From: an uncultured delta proteobacterium
GTDB taxonomy: Bacteria > Desulfobacterota > Desulfomonilia > UBA1062
NCBI GenBank assembly: GCA_963798485.1
Contig: CAWCTR010000021.1
Coordinates: 128,001 to 192,000, forward strand
Reading direction: 5' to 3'
DNA length: 64,000 nucleotides
This document shows positions 29,427-41,002 of the stretch, in pieces (position 1 is the stretch's first letter; each line of letters starts with the position of its first letter). Both the position numbers and the translations under genes were made by a program. The notes under the pieces are model-generated. The model saw only the letters and a list, made by a program, of their open reading frames with translations. It ran no database searches and was not told where the DNA came from.

Positions 29427-29840
29427 TCACTTCGGGTCCATCAGCTTTTTGTAGAGTTTTGCGTCAGACTTACCGAGGATATGTGAAATAGCATGTATTT
29501 CAGCAGCAACAAACCCGTCCTTTTGTATTTCATTATTTTTATAGCACTTTGCAAAGACAATGGTCCCCGTTTGCAACGTATCCATTTTGCATTCATGCCC
29601 GTAATTGTCCATGATAACGGTTTTAAGATTCTTCCCTGCGACGGTCGTGTCCACGATGGCCACCCTTTTCTCTGCAACGATGATATAGTCCTTTCCTACA
29701 TACATGATGCTCCCTTGTATTGCCTTGGGACTCCCTTCCCAGATGGTGTCCGCATGAGCACATGAGAGCGGGATCAAACCTGCCGCGAAGAACACCGCAA
29801 TTATCCGCAAAATATTTTTTTTGTTTAGTTTTTGCATCAT
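29427..29840 (-). CDS. Small exported protein downstream of pilY1 (PilY2-like by position)
   Basis: Signal peptide ending AHA; starts 12 nt after the pilY1 stop. Confidence 0.65.
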   Translation of the reverse strand: MMQKLNKKNILRIIAVFFAAGLIPLSCAHADTIWEGSPKAIQGSIMYVGKDYIIVAEKRVAIVDTTVAGKNLKTVIMDNYGHECKMDTLQTGTIVFAKCYKNNEIQKDGFVAAEIHAISHILGKSDAKLYKKLMDPK

Positions 29841-29852
29841 ATTACCACCTTT

Positions 29853-32800
29853 CTATTGTTTGAGCCAAAAATAGCGGGTTAGGCCTGTCGAAGCGTTGGT
29901 ATTGTAGGATCCGGTACCTTGTGAAGTACCGACAACCAGGAAGGTGCCTTGCTGGGTGACAACAAGATTCGGCTGTGAGGGTATACCGGTTCCGATAATT
30001 GTGTTCCTGTCGGCTACAGTAGCCCCTGTACTTCCTCCACTTGTCGAGCCTGTTGCATTAAATCCCGCGTATACCGATTCACCGTTCATATAATTAATCG
30101 CATAGAGTCTGCCAACGCCCGAACCAACTCCCGTTGAGCACGAATTGCTCGCAGAGGAGGCTGTGGTCGGACTGAAGGTAGTGAAATAGACAACACCGTT
30201 GAACACGATGGGCGAAGAGACCACCTTTTCTCCTGAATTCTGAAGGGTAATATACCACCCAGGCCCTGTTGCCAGAGTTTGGAGCAATTGCGTTCTCTGG
30301 GCGCTGGTTAAAGTAGTCCCCTGGAGATCATCAGCCGTCACATCCGTAAGATTTGAATCCGTATAGGGGGTACTGTCGTTCCAGGTCACAGGCCAGGTGT
30401 TGTTGATCGCATAAAACCTGTTCACAACGGTTGTATCCAAGGGATTTTCACGGTTACCGCTGCCGATATATACCCAGTCACAGACAGTACCGTTCTCACT
30501 CACCTGTGCAATATCAGGCGCATAGAAGAATTTTCTCAGTGTGCTGGTGGTTCCATCCTGTGTAGCGGCTTGGAAAAGAAGTCTCTTCGTCCAAGTGCCG
30601 TTGTTCGTTCTCCCATTGAATACAAAGAGTTGTCCGCCTAGTGACGGGGCATAGATGGTATCGACACACCCGTCGTTGTCATTATCGTACCCCATGACAT
30701 CCACCATACAGTACGTCATGGATGAGTAGTTCGAATGGTTAAAATTAACATGGCTATCAGGACCGGTGCTGCTTGGAAGATCATAGGCAAAGATCGCCCT
30801 GCCCATGCTGTCGCTTGCCCCCGGGTTTGAAAGGTCCTGGTTGATATCATAACCGCCGGCGAGGAGGAGTGCATCGTGGGAAATCGGTTTGCCGTACGAG
30901 TCCGTGCCGGTCCTCAGTTTACAGTAATGCGGGGTGGACCAGGATTCGCCGAGCGGCTCGCTTGCCGTGCCTAAAATGTTCGATGGTATATACGAAACAA
31001 AAGTCGGCGAAGTATAATTAGTGACATCGAGGATCGTATACTGGTTCGTGAGATTTCCGCCTGTCGAGATATTCAGCCCGCCCCTTCTGAGGCCGAAAGC
31101 CACATAATCTCTTTTTCCACCGCTACTACTGCTCTCATATACGACAGGCGATCCATCCACAAAGTAGTCATGGTTGGTGTCCCCTGGAATATTCACACAG
31201 GAGTTTGTGGATGGAAGGTATTGGAGGTTGGGGAGTATACTCCAGGGGATGAATGCCCATGATTCGGAGACAGTGTCGTCAGTCAGGGTTGTGGTATTAT
31301 GATCGTTGTCTAAAAAACAATGCAAAAATCCGTCGTTGGCTCCGGTAAAGATCACGTTAATATTGTTTTTCGTATCATAAAGCACAGCAGGCTCCGAGTG
31401 AATGATATCGCCGAGTACCCACGTGCGTGCCGTTGTATTGCTGCTATTAGGGGCATAAACACCGCTTGCAGTGACAAAATTGATGAGATCGGCACTCAAG
31501 GTTGTCGTGGTCAAACCGAGGTCGGAAGGCTGTACGTTTGTGGTGTTAAAGTTAAGCAAAGTGCTTCCGGAAGCACCTGCCTTGAATGTCAGGAAGTTCC
31601 TGGACGATTGTGTCAGCAGTTCAGTTCCGGCGCCTCCCGCATTCACCACCATGCCATCGCCTCCGGATACGGTAACCCATGCGGATTGGGCGGTAGCCAA
31701 TAAATTCCCGGTTGTAGTATCGGTTGCCGGTGCCCCGTTTACATCCTGAATCTGCCCGGTCTCACTATAACCCCATTTTTTAATGTTCCCCATCCAGACT
31801 CCGGGGAAATCTGCATTAGGCAAAAAGAGCCCCATGTAAAGGGCATTATTGGCATAGGTCCTGTTGGTTCTGCTCACGGGTACAACAGGGGCAACGTATT
31901 GGGAATTGGTTGTCAGTATACTGGTGATAATAGTTTGAAAAATACTCTGGAGCGAGAGATCGCCCGCTGCATTGAAATACTGGCCCCTGCCATGGTTGGA
32001 ATCAGCGGCCATCATCAGTAATGAATGTCCGGTATCCGTAAAGTCTGTACCGAAACCGATGGTGTACGTGCTGACGTGCTGCTTTGGAAAGTTGCTATTG
32101 TCAAAGGGGGTTCCGTTTGCGTCATTGACATTCGGCAGAAGGTCGGTCTCATAGAGGAATTTGGCTACTTGAGGCAGCCAGAAGCTCCCGGTTGTGTCGG
32201 CGCCTGAGCATGCTGAGATCAACTCCACTTGATTGGGATTAGAAACAAGATCATAAAACTGGGTGCTTGGATTAAGTGTAGAGGTACCGCTATACGGATA
32301 ATTTGGAATCGTGAGCCCGTTTATATAAGTGCTCTGTGGTATGGTTGTGGTGGTTGTTGTACAATGCGAATGACTGCAGGAAGTGGTAGTATTAGTACCG
32401 CCAAAAAGACTAGGGTTAGGAATACTATAGCTGGAAGAGCTTTGTCCGTTGTCGTGGGTCGAATCGCCGTCCGTCATGATGATGACATAGTTCTTCTGGC
32501 AGGTCCACATGATCGCAGGAGGCACTATGGATGGAGTACTCGCGTTCCATACGGTAGTGTACGTCCCCGTGGAATAGTCCGACGGATAGCTGGAGCTGTA
32601 ATCAGCAGGGTCGGTGGAATTGTTGTTTGACCACGATTGCTTGCGGGCAAAGTAGAGTCCCGCTTCCGCCAGGGTCTCCGCAAGGGGTGTATATCCCCCT
32701 GGGGATAAGGAGTTTATCATGTTCTTCAGAGTTGCCGTGTTTCCGGTCCAGTCTTGACATGGCGCCACCAACACACCGCCATGATCCTTGTAGGTACCGC

Positions 32801-33512
32801 TGGGATTGTAGGTCATCAATCCCCAACGCACGTCAGGAGTGGAATCAATGAGATCACAGATGGTCTTTTGCGCGATTGATATCTTGGTGGCATTCTCTGC
32901 ATTGTTGTTAGCTTGATTGGCTACGTAATAATTGATATAATTCCCTGTTGCAAGGGTATATGATGTTGAAGGTATTGATATTGTAGTTGTGGTGGTTTTA
33001 TGCGAACCGGAGCCGGTCGTTTTTGTAGTTATGGTACAGAAATAAGGAGCAGTAGTACTCACATACCCGGTATACTCTCCGATCGAGCCGGAAAGATTGG
33101 TGTATGCTGTTGTAGCATGAGACTCGGCAGTGGTACAATTAGTTTTATTTGTGCCGCTTGCACCGGTACAAGCACTGACAATTGATGCATAAGAGTTTTG
33201 AATATTGGTCAAAGTTACTTGCGGTGATCCAAATGCCGTCCACGTGCTGCCATTCTGATAGTATATTAAATTGCTGTTGTAGTTACCCGTATAGGTTGTA
33301 CTCGCGTTATAGGCACCCATGGCTTGCCAGCCTGGGACTTGTATGGAGTCTGCCATACTGCCAGAACTGTCGAAAATGATAAGGACATTCGGAGGGACAT
33401 TGACTACATTGCCGCCGAAGATATCCGTATCGTCCGCGTGTATTCCATCCGGAACTGACCAGGTGAAGCAAAGAATACCAAGTATTATTATTATCCTATG
33501 CATATTGAGCAT
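29853..33512 (-). CDS. pilY1: Type IV pilus tip adhesin PilY1/PilC with vWA domain
   Basis: Signal peptide; MIDAS DSSGS, TPLAETL and IMTDG; beta-propeller motifs LGDIIHSEP, GANDG, YFVDGSP, LGESWSTP; Ca-binding DNDNDGCVD. Confidence 0.93.
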   Translation of the reverse strand: MLNMHRIIIILGILCFTWSVPDGIHADDTDIFGGNVVNVPPNVLIIFDSSGSMADSIQVPGWQAMGAYNASTTYTGNYNSNLIYYQNGSTWTAFGSPQVTLTNIQNSYASIVSACTGASGTNKTNCTTAESHATTAYTNLSGSIGEYTGYVSTTAPYFCTITTKTTGSGSHKTTTTTISIPSTSYTLATGNYINYYVANQANNNAENATKISIAQKTICDLIDSTPDVRWGLMTYNPSGTYKDHGGVLVAPCQDWTGNTATLKNMINSLSPGGYTPLAETLAEAGLYFARKQSWSNNNSTDPADYSSSYPSDYSTGTYTTVWNASTPSIVPPAIMWTCQKNYVIIMTDGDSTHDNGQSSSSYSIPNPSLFGGTNTTTSCSHSHCTTTTTTIPQSTYINGLTIPNYPYSGTSTLNPSTQFYDLVSNPNQVELISACSGADTTGSFWLPQVAKFLYETDLLPNVNDANGTPFDNSNFPKQHVSTYTIGFGTDFTDTGHSLLMMAADSNHGRGQYFNAAGDLSLQSIFQTIITSILTTNSQYVAPVVPVSRTNRTYANNALYMGLFLPNADFPGVWMGNIKKWGYSETGQIQDVNGAPATDTTTGNLLATAQSAWVTVSGGDGMVVNAGGAGTELLTQSSRNFLTFKAGASGSTLLNFNTTNVQPSDLGLTTTTLSADLINFVTASGVYAPNSSNTTARTWVLGDIIHSEPAVLYDTKNNINVIFTGANDGFLHCFLDNDHNTTTLTDDTVSESWAFIPWSILPNLQYLPSTNSCVNIPGDTNHDYFVDGSPVVYESSSSGGKRDYVAFGLRRGGLNISTGGNLTNQYTILDVTNYTSPTFVSYIPSNILGTASEPLGESWSTPHYCKLRTGTDSYGKPISHDALLLAGGYDINQDLSNPGASDSMGRAIFAYDLPSSTGPDSHVNFNHSNYSSMTYCMVDVMGYDNDNDGCVDTIYAPSLGGQLFVFNGRTNNGTWTKRLLFQAATQDGTTSTLRKFFYAPDIAQVSENGTVCDWVYIGSGNRENPLDTTVVNRFYAINNTWPVTWNDSTPYTDSNLTDVTADDLQGTTLTSAQRTQLLQTLATGPGWYITLQNSGEKVVSSPIVFNGVVYFTTFSPTTASSASNSCSTGVGSGVGRLYAINYMNGESVYAGFNATGSTSGGSTGATVADRNTIIGTGIPSQPNLVVTQQGTFLVVGTSQGTGSYNTNASTGLTRYFWLKQ

Positions 33513-33588
33513 ATCACCGCTCCTTTTCGATTACCTGTCGATCATTTATCCCTGTGTAAACAGCGAGTAAACTCATACTTACCAGGTT

Positions 33589-33616
33589 ATTTCGGCAGAT
33601 GACTCGCTTTTCATGA
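33589..33616 (-). promoter_or_regulatory. sigma28 (FliA)-type promoter of pilY1
   Basis: Minus strand TCAT-GAAAAGCGAGTCATCT(16)-GCCGAAAT, about 75 nt upstream of the start. Confidence 0.6.
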
Positions 33617-33673
33617 GAGTTACAAATTTGGTGGTTTATCGAGAGAGCTTGGTTTTATAAAATTAATAAAACA

Positions 33674-34786
33674 TTAAGGGTTGATGAGTCGTACATACGC
33701 CATATCGCCTTCGACCATCATGTCCGCCTGGGCGATCTGTTTTTGCTTGAGGCTGTCAAGGATATCCTGGAGGCTTCCCTTGATCCGGATAGTATGACAG
33801 ATGGTGTGCCCCTGAATGCGGGAGACGGCAATTTTTGTGACCGTGTCCATGGAGCGAAGGGTATTGAACATGGACTGGTAGGTATCAAATTCCTTGACGC
33901 CTTCAATACACAGCTCTTTTTCCCTTAAAACAGGGGTTATGACAACAACCTTCTTGGTTATTTCAGATCTCATCTGGTCAAGAATCGCTGTGATCAAGAG
34001 TTCGTTCATGGTTTTCACATCGATTGTGCCTTTAAGCGCAATCGTTGAATTGAAGAGGCGCTGCCTGGTTTTTACGTCTATTAATGAGATATCCATGCGG
34101 GAATCAAGGCCCAGCGCATCAGAGGATCTATTGGTTATTGTCCCTGTTATGATAAGCTGTGCCCCTAAGTTTGCCGCCACGGCAACGGTTCGATCAGGCC
34201 CGGCAGGCATCACTGCGATGCGCTGAGGTACTTCGGATACATTCTCGCCTGCATTCTTGAGCCTCAATGCAAGCTGCGTCTCAAAGGGCGAGTATCCCTT
34301 GGGTTTGGCTGCAGACCACCACTCATACCGTTCAGATACACCCGGGCCCCGGGTAGAGACGGCAAGCAGTATCAGCGGTCTCAGACCCAGTGGTGTTGTA
34401 AAGGCTTGGGCCTGCAGCCACTCCTTTAAGGGTACATCATTGACTTTTAGATCCAGGCTCAGGATAAGGACATTGTCCTGCTGGGAACGTGAAACAATCT
34501 GATATTGGATGATGTCCTGGGTCCCGCGTGATGCAACAAATCCTTTCAGCTTTTGGGAAAGATCGACCGCAGAGCTTGAAGGCACCTGCTTGAGGGCCAG
34601 GTCAAGATATGCCTTGTAAAAGGCATCATCGTAGGCGGTTTTCTCCGCTTGAGATATGTTGCTTCCGGCTATGGCGCTGATGCCTGAAACCACAAGCGAG
34701 ACTTCAGCCCGTGCGGGGCTGAGGCTGAGAAAGTGTATCAGGACCAGCCAGAAAACCCCGCACGTACAAAGGCGGGAGATGCTCAT
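33674..34786 (-). CDS. Exported hypothetical protein (possibly FlgT-N/DUF2066-like)
   Basis: Signal peptide (ARA); start overlaps the hfq stop. The family assignment is only a weak resemblance. Confidence 0.6.
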   Translation of the reverse strand: MSISRLCTCGVFWLVLIHFLSLSPARAEVSLVVSGISAIAGSNISQAEKTAYDDAFYKAYLDLALKQVPSSSAVDLSQKLKGFVASRGTQDIIQYQIVSRSQQDNVLILSLDLKVNDVPLKEWLQAQAFTTPLGLRPLILLAVSTRGPGVSERYEWWSAAKPKGYSPFETQLALRLKNAGENVSEVPQRIAVMPAGPDRTVAVAANLGAQLIITGTITNRSSDALGLDSRMDISLIDVKTRQRLFNSTIALKGTIDVKTMNELLITAILDQMRSEITKKVVVITPVLREKELCIEGVKEFDTYQSMFNTLRSMDTVTKIAVSRIQGHTICHTIRIKGSLQDILDSLKQKQIAQADMMVEGDMAYVRLINP

Positions 34787-35019
34787 CCTGCAAGAAAGTC
34801 TTTCAGCTTTGAATTAATCTCTGCCGGTTCGATCCGACCCACTGCATGCTTATAAATAAGGATCGGCTTCTCGGTCTGGATTAATATACAGAAGGGGTCA
34901 AAACTCTTCACAAACCCTTCAACCTTGGTATTGTCTACGAGGGTAACAATGATAGGAACCCTTTCCTTACGCGCCTGATTCAGAAACTGGTCCTGTACGT
35001 TAAACACAACTTTTCCCAT
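34783..35019 (-). CDS. hfq: Hfq-family Sm-like protein with a divergent distal face
   Basis: QDQFLN..RKERVP, SFDPF and IYKHA motifs; AGGAGG RBS. Confidence 0.9.
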   Translation of the reverse strand: MGKVVFNVQDQFLNQARKERVPIIVTLVDNTKVEGFVKSFDPFCILIQTEKPILIYKHAVGRIEPAEINSKLKDFLAG

Positions 35020-35087
35020 TACAACCTCCTTATGGCGAGGGATCCACTGTTATTACAACCGTTTGTATGTTGTGCTTGTATTCCTAA

Positions 35088-37247
<2,160 letters not shown>

Positions 37248-37251
37248 TACT

Positions 37252-37527
37252 ATGAAGGCCCTTCACCTGATGATCCACGGCAGGGTACAAGGAGTTTGGT
37301 TCAGGGCATCTACACAGGAGACTGCACATCAGCTCAAGATTAAGGGATGGGTACGCAATACACCTGAAGGCAATGTGGAAGCGCACATCCAGGGAGAAGA
37401 ATCGCTTGTTGAAAAAATGCTGTCTTGGTGTTCGCAGGGCCCCCCTGGGGCAAGAGTGGAAAGTATCGATGTCAGCGAAGCAAGTCCGAATGAAGAGTAT
37501 AAGGCTTTTAATATCCGCTATTATTGA
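37252..37527 (+). CDS. acyP: Acylphosphatase
   Basis: GRVQGVWFR and GWVRN motifs. Confidence 0.95.
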   Translation: MKALHLMIHGRVQGVWFRASTQETAHQLKIKGWVRNTPEGNVEAHIQGEESLVEKMLSWCSQGPPGARVESIDVSEASPNEEYKAFNIRYY

Positions 37528-37575
37528 TTTTATTTCATGCTTGCATATGAAATCCCTTTGGTATAAGAAATTTTC

Positions 37576-37615
37576 GCTCCTTGCTCCTGAATGGGGCTAC
37601 GAATCCATAAGGAGG
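37576..37615 (+). promoter_or_regulatory. S6:S18 autoregulatory leader of the rpsF operon
   Basis: GCTCCTTGCTCC-TGAAT-GGGGC-TACGAAT-CCA-TAAGGAGG: anti-SD CTCCTT pairs with the SD, with an inner hairpin and a CCR motif, as in the known rpsF leader. Confidence 0.72.
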
Positions 37616-37620
37616 ATTTC

Positions 37621-37992
37621 ATGAATCTTTACGAGATTATGTTCATCTTGAATCCCGACATTGGGGAAGATGAACGGGAAAAGCTGACTACCCGCCTGAA
37701 GAGCACTATCAGCAAGAACAAAGGTGACATCATCCGCTTCGACGACATGGGCTTCAAGAGTCTTACGTACAAGATCAAGAAAAAATCCCGTGCCCAGTTT
37801 TTCCTTATCAATCTGGAAGGTCCGGGCTCCATGGTCGCCGAGATCGAGCGATTCCTTCGTCTCGATGAAAATGTCATACGATTCGTCGTTGTGAAGCTCG
37901 ATAAGCACGTGACAAGGCAGGATCTCGAGCCGAAAGTTGAACCCCAGCCCGAGGCGTCGCCGGCACCAGAACAGGGGGAGGTAGGAGCTTAA
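37621..37992 (+). CDS. rpsF: 30S ribosomal protein S6
   Basis: [16 protein letters not shown] and ENVIRF motifs; ATG after AAGGAGG. Confidence 0.96.
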   Translation: MNLYEIMFILNPDIGEDEREKLTTRLKSTISKNKGDIIRFDDMGFKSLTYKIKKKSRAQFFLINLEGPGSMVAEIERFLRLDENVIRFVVVKLDKHVTRQDLEPKVEPQPEASPAPEQGEVGA

Positions 37993-37993
37993 C

Positions 37994-38251
37994 ATGCAGG
38001 ATAGACCGCCAAGAACTTCATCAGGCAGCAAAAAACCGTATTTTAAGAGAAAGACATGCAGGTTCTGTGAAGAGAAGACACTGCCCATAGACTACAAGGC
38101 CCCCCATGTGCTTAAGGACTTCATCACTGAACGTGGCAAGATCTTGCCGAGACGGATCACAGGCACCTGTTCGCATCACCAGAAGAGACTGGCCACGGAG
38201 ATAAAGAGGGCAAGGATCATGGCCCTTATTCCCTTCACCGTGCACGACTAG
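37994..38251 (+). CDS. rpsR: 30S ribosomal protein S18
   Basis: CRFC, IDYK and [12 protein letters not shown] motifs. Confidence 0.97.
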   Translation: MQDRPPRTSSGSKKPYFKRKTCRFCEEKTLPIDYKAPHVLKDFITERGKILPRRITGTCSHHQKRLATEIKRARIMALIPFTVHD

Positions 38252-38255
38252 AGAC

Positions 38256-39176
38256 ATGCCCCTTAAGGGTGGAGACAGGAGGACCCTGTGGATTATCATG
38301 GGGGCCTTCTTTATTTATTGTGTCTTAATCGTAACGGCAACCGGGTTGGCATTGCCTGCCGCAGTGATATTCCAGGCTGCATACTATCTGTATGCCGAGC
38401 GGGCACCGTACAGATGGCCGGCGCTTCTTGCGTGCGCGCCGCTCTTGCTTTCGCTGGTGCCGGCATTCTCATCTGGCGCCATGATATACGCTGTTCTTCT
38501 GGTATCGGCACTCATGATGCAGTTTTTCTTAAAGAGGGGGAACATCGGGCTTGCAGTTACAGCGCCGTCCCTTGTGATCTTTGCTTTTGTGGCGGCGAGC
38601 ATCCTTTCATTTTCTTATAATAGCGGTAATACTATAGAAGAACTGCTGACCGGATGGGCCGCCCAGGTGGTAGGTGAGATGAAAAAGGTTTCTGAGAGTA
38701 CGCTCTCTCCCTCTGAACTGTTTGAATTCAAAAAGAACCTTCAGACCTTCCAGGTTATGATCGTCACGCTTTTCCCCTCGATAATCATATCAAGCTTTGC
38801 TGCTATCATGTGGATGAATCTGCTCATTATAGCCAGGAAATTCAAGGCTATATCCGTTCAAGAATGGAAAAGCCCGGACTGGGTTGTTGTGTTTTTCATT
38901 ATTGCGGGATTGTTTACCCTGGTCGAACAGAAACTTCTCCAGACAATAGGGTTCAATCTCCTGGTCATTGTGGGGCAGGTCTATTTTTTACAGGGTCTCG
39001 CAATTGTCTCGGTCTTCATGGATGAGCGCAAGTGGCCCGGCATAATTCGGTGGCCTATTTACATTTTAATCTTGATCCAGATATATATGATGATTATTGT
39101 AGCCGGAATCGGTCTGTTTGACACCTGGTTTGACTTCAGGAAAAGGATACGGACACCAAAAGGAGATATACAATGA
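38256..39176 (+). CDS. YybS/DUF2232 membrane protein
   Basis: Multiple TM segments, YFLQGLAI and GLFDTWFDFRKR; conserved position between rpsR and rplI. Confidence 0.88.
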   Translation: MPLKGGDRRTLWIIMGAFFIYCVLIVTATGLALPAAVIFQAAYYLYAERAPYRWPALLACAPLLLSLVPAFSSGAMIYAVLLVSALMMQFFLKRGNIGLAVTAPSLVIFAFVAASILSFSYNSGNTIEELLTGWAAQVVGEMKKVSESTLSPSELFEFKKNLQTFQVMIVTLFPSIIISSFAAIMWMNLLIIARKFKAISVQEWKSPDWVVVFFIIAGLFTLVEQKLLQTIGFNLLVIVGQVYFLQGLAIVSVFMDERKWPGIIRWPIYILILIQIYMMIIVAGIGLFDTWFDFRKRIRTPKGDIQ

Positions 39177-39628
39177 AGGTAGTACTCTTAGAGACGATCG
39201 ATGGCCTGGGTAGCGTGGGCCAGGAGGTAAAGGTTAAAGACGGCTATGCCAGGAACTTTCTTATTCCCAAGGGATTGGGACTTCTGGCGACCGATACCAA
39301 CCTTAAGGCCTTTCAGGGCAAGATACAGGCACGCATCAGGTCTGAGGCCAAGTCAAGGGAACATGCCGCTAAACTTGCAGAAGAGTTATCTGCTGTTGCC
39401 CTAAAATTCAAGGTCAAGTCCGGACAGGAAGGAAAGCTGTTCGGTTCCGTTACCAATGCCGATATCTTTGATGCGCTCAAAGATAAGGGATTTGAGGTAG
39501 ACAAGAAGAAGATCATCCTGACAGAAGCCATCAAGCATGTAGGCACACATGAAGTAGCAGTCCGCCTCTTTCCGGAGGTTACAGCGCACATAAAAGTGGA
39601 GGTGGTCCCAGAGCCACAAGGCGAGTAA
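39173..39628 (+). CDS. rplI: 50S ribosomal protein L9
   Basis: VKDGYARNFLIPKG and GKLFGSVT motifs. Confidence 0.97.
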   Translation: MKVVLLETIDGLGSVGQEVKVKDGYARNFLIPKGLGLLATDTNLKAFQGKIQARIRSEAKSREHAAKLAEELSAVALKFKVKSGQEGKLFGSVTNADIFDALKDKGFEVDKKKIILTEAIKHVGTHEVAVRLFPEVTAHIKVEVVPEPQGE

Positions 39629-39629
39629 G

Positions 39630-40979
39630 ATGGATTCTTCGCCGATATCTCCTCCCCACAACAGGGAAGCAGAAGAATATATACTCGGAGGGGTTCTCAT
39701 GGAGAACTCCTCTTTCGATACCGTATCGGAGATTATCTCTCCGGCGGATTTCTATGCAGAACGGAACAGGATCATCTTTGAGGAGATGGTCCGGCTCATG
39801 GATAAGGGTCTGCCTATCGACCTTGTTTCGCTTACAGAGGCTATCGAAGTGAGAGGGAGGCTTGATAAGGTCGGTGGGGCATCCTATATATCTCAACTCG
39901 CAGATAACATACCAACCACCGCGAACATTGAATATTACGCCCGGCTTGTAAGGGAAAAGTGTATCCTCAGGTCATTGATCACCGGTGCCGGCGAGATCAT
40001 CAAGTCTGCAAGGTCGCCAGTAGGAGAGGTTTCTGATGTCCTGGACTCCGCCGAACAGATCATCTATGCCATCAATAAACAGGTCAAGGACAGGAAAGGC
40101 GGCCTGACCAGGATTGATGTCCCGCTGCATGACATGTATCATAACCTGAGTCGTATAGCCAAAGGCGAGATCGATCAGGGCGTAGTCCCTTCCGGATTCA
40201 GCGAGCTTGACAATCAATTGCTTGGCGGCCTCCACAAGTCCGACCTCATAATCGTTGCAGGCAGGCCTTCCATGGGCAAGACCTCGCTGGCAATAAATAT
40301 CGCCCAATATGTTGCGGTAACCGAACAACTTCCCGTTGCGGTTTTTTCTCTTGAAATGGGCATAGAGCAGCTCGTGCTAAGGATGTTGGCCTCTGAGGCC
40401 TGGATAAACCAGAGCCATGTGCGCTCCGCATCATCAATTACAAATCTCAAAAAAGAAGACTGGAGCAAACTGCTTGAGGCATCGGGAAAACTCTCGGAGG
40501 CACCGCTATATATTGACGATACTCCCGGTATAACTCCCATGGAGATCAGGGCCAAGATCCGCAGGCTCATATCCCAGGTAGATGTGCGTATGGTCGTTGT
40601 GGATTATCTTCAACTCATGAGTATCAAAGGACGGTCCGACTCCAGAGAACAGGAGATATCTGAGATTTCAAGGACACTAAAGGCCATAGCCAAGGAATTC
40701 AACATACCGGTTGTAGCCCTTAGCCAGCTCAATAGAAGGGTTGAGGAGCGTGGCGATAAGAGGCCTATGATGTCGGACCTCCGGGAATCCGGTGCCATAG
40801 AGCAGGATGCTGATGTGATCTGTTTCATCTATCGAGACGATGTATATAATACCGACAGCCCGGAGAAAGGCATTGCCGAAATTATTGTGGCTAAGCATAG
40901 GAATGGGCCTACTGGCACCATAAAGCTGAAGTGGATACCGGAATATACAAAATTCTGGGAGCTTGACCTAAGGCATTAA
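39630..40979 (+). CDS. dnaB: Replicative DNA helicase
   Basis: PPHNREAE, AGRPSMGKT, FSLEM, DYLQLM, SDLRESGAIEQDAD and KHRNGPTG motifs. Confidence 0.97.
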   Translation: MDSSPISPPHNREAEEYILGGVLMENSSFDTVSEIISPADFYAERNRIIFEEMVRLMDKGLPIDLVSLTEAIEVRGRLDKVGGASYISQLADNIPTTANIEYYARLVREKCILRSLITGAGEIIKSARSPVGEVSDVLDSAEQIIYAINKQVKDRKGGLTRIDVPLHDMYHNLSRIAKGEIDQGVVPSGFSELDNQLLGGLHKSDLIIVAGRPSMGKTSLAINIAQYVAVTEQLPVAVFSLEMGIEQLVLRMLASEAWINQSHVRSASSITNLKKEDWSKLLEASGKLSEAPLYIDDTPGITPMEIRAKIRRLISQVDVRMVVVDYLQLMSIKGRSDSREQEISEISRTLKAIAKEFNIPVVALSQLNRRVEERGDKRPMMSDLRESGAIEQDADVICFIYRDDVYNTDSPEKGIAEIIVAKHRNGPTGTIKLKWIPEYTKFWELDLRH

Positions 40980-41002
40980 AACCTTAACCCTAATCCCAGG
41001 TA

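Noticed and set aside
27008-33616. Shufflon or site-specific inversion of pilY1
   Set aside because: No recombinase, no repeated crossover sites and no alternative C-terminal cassettes found by eye.
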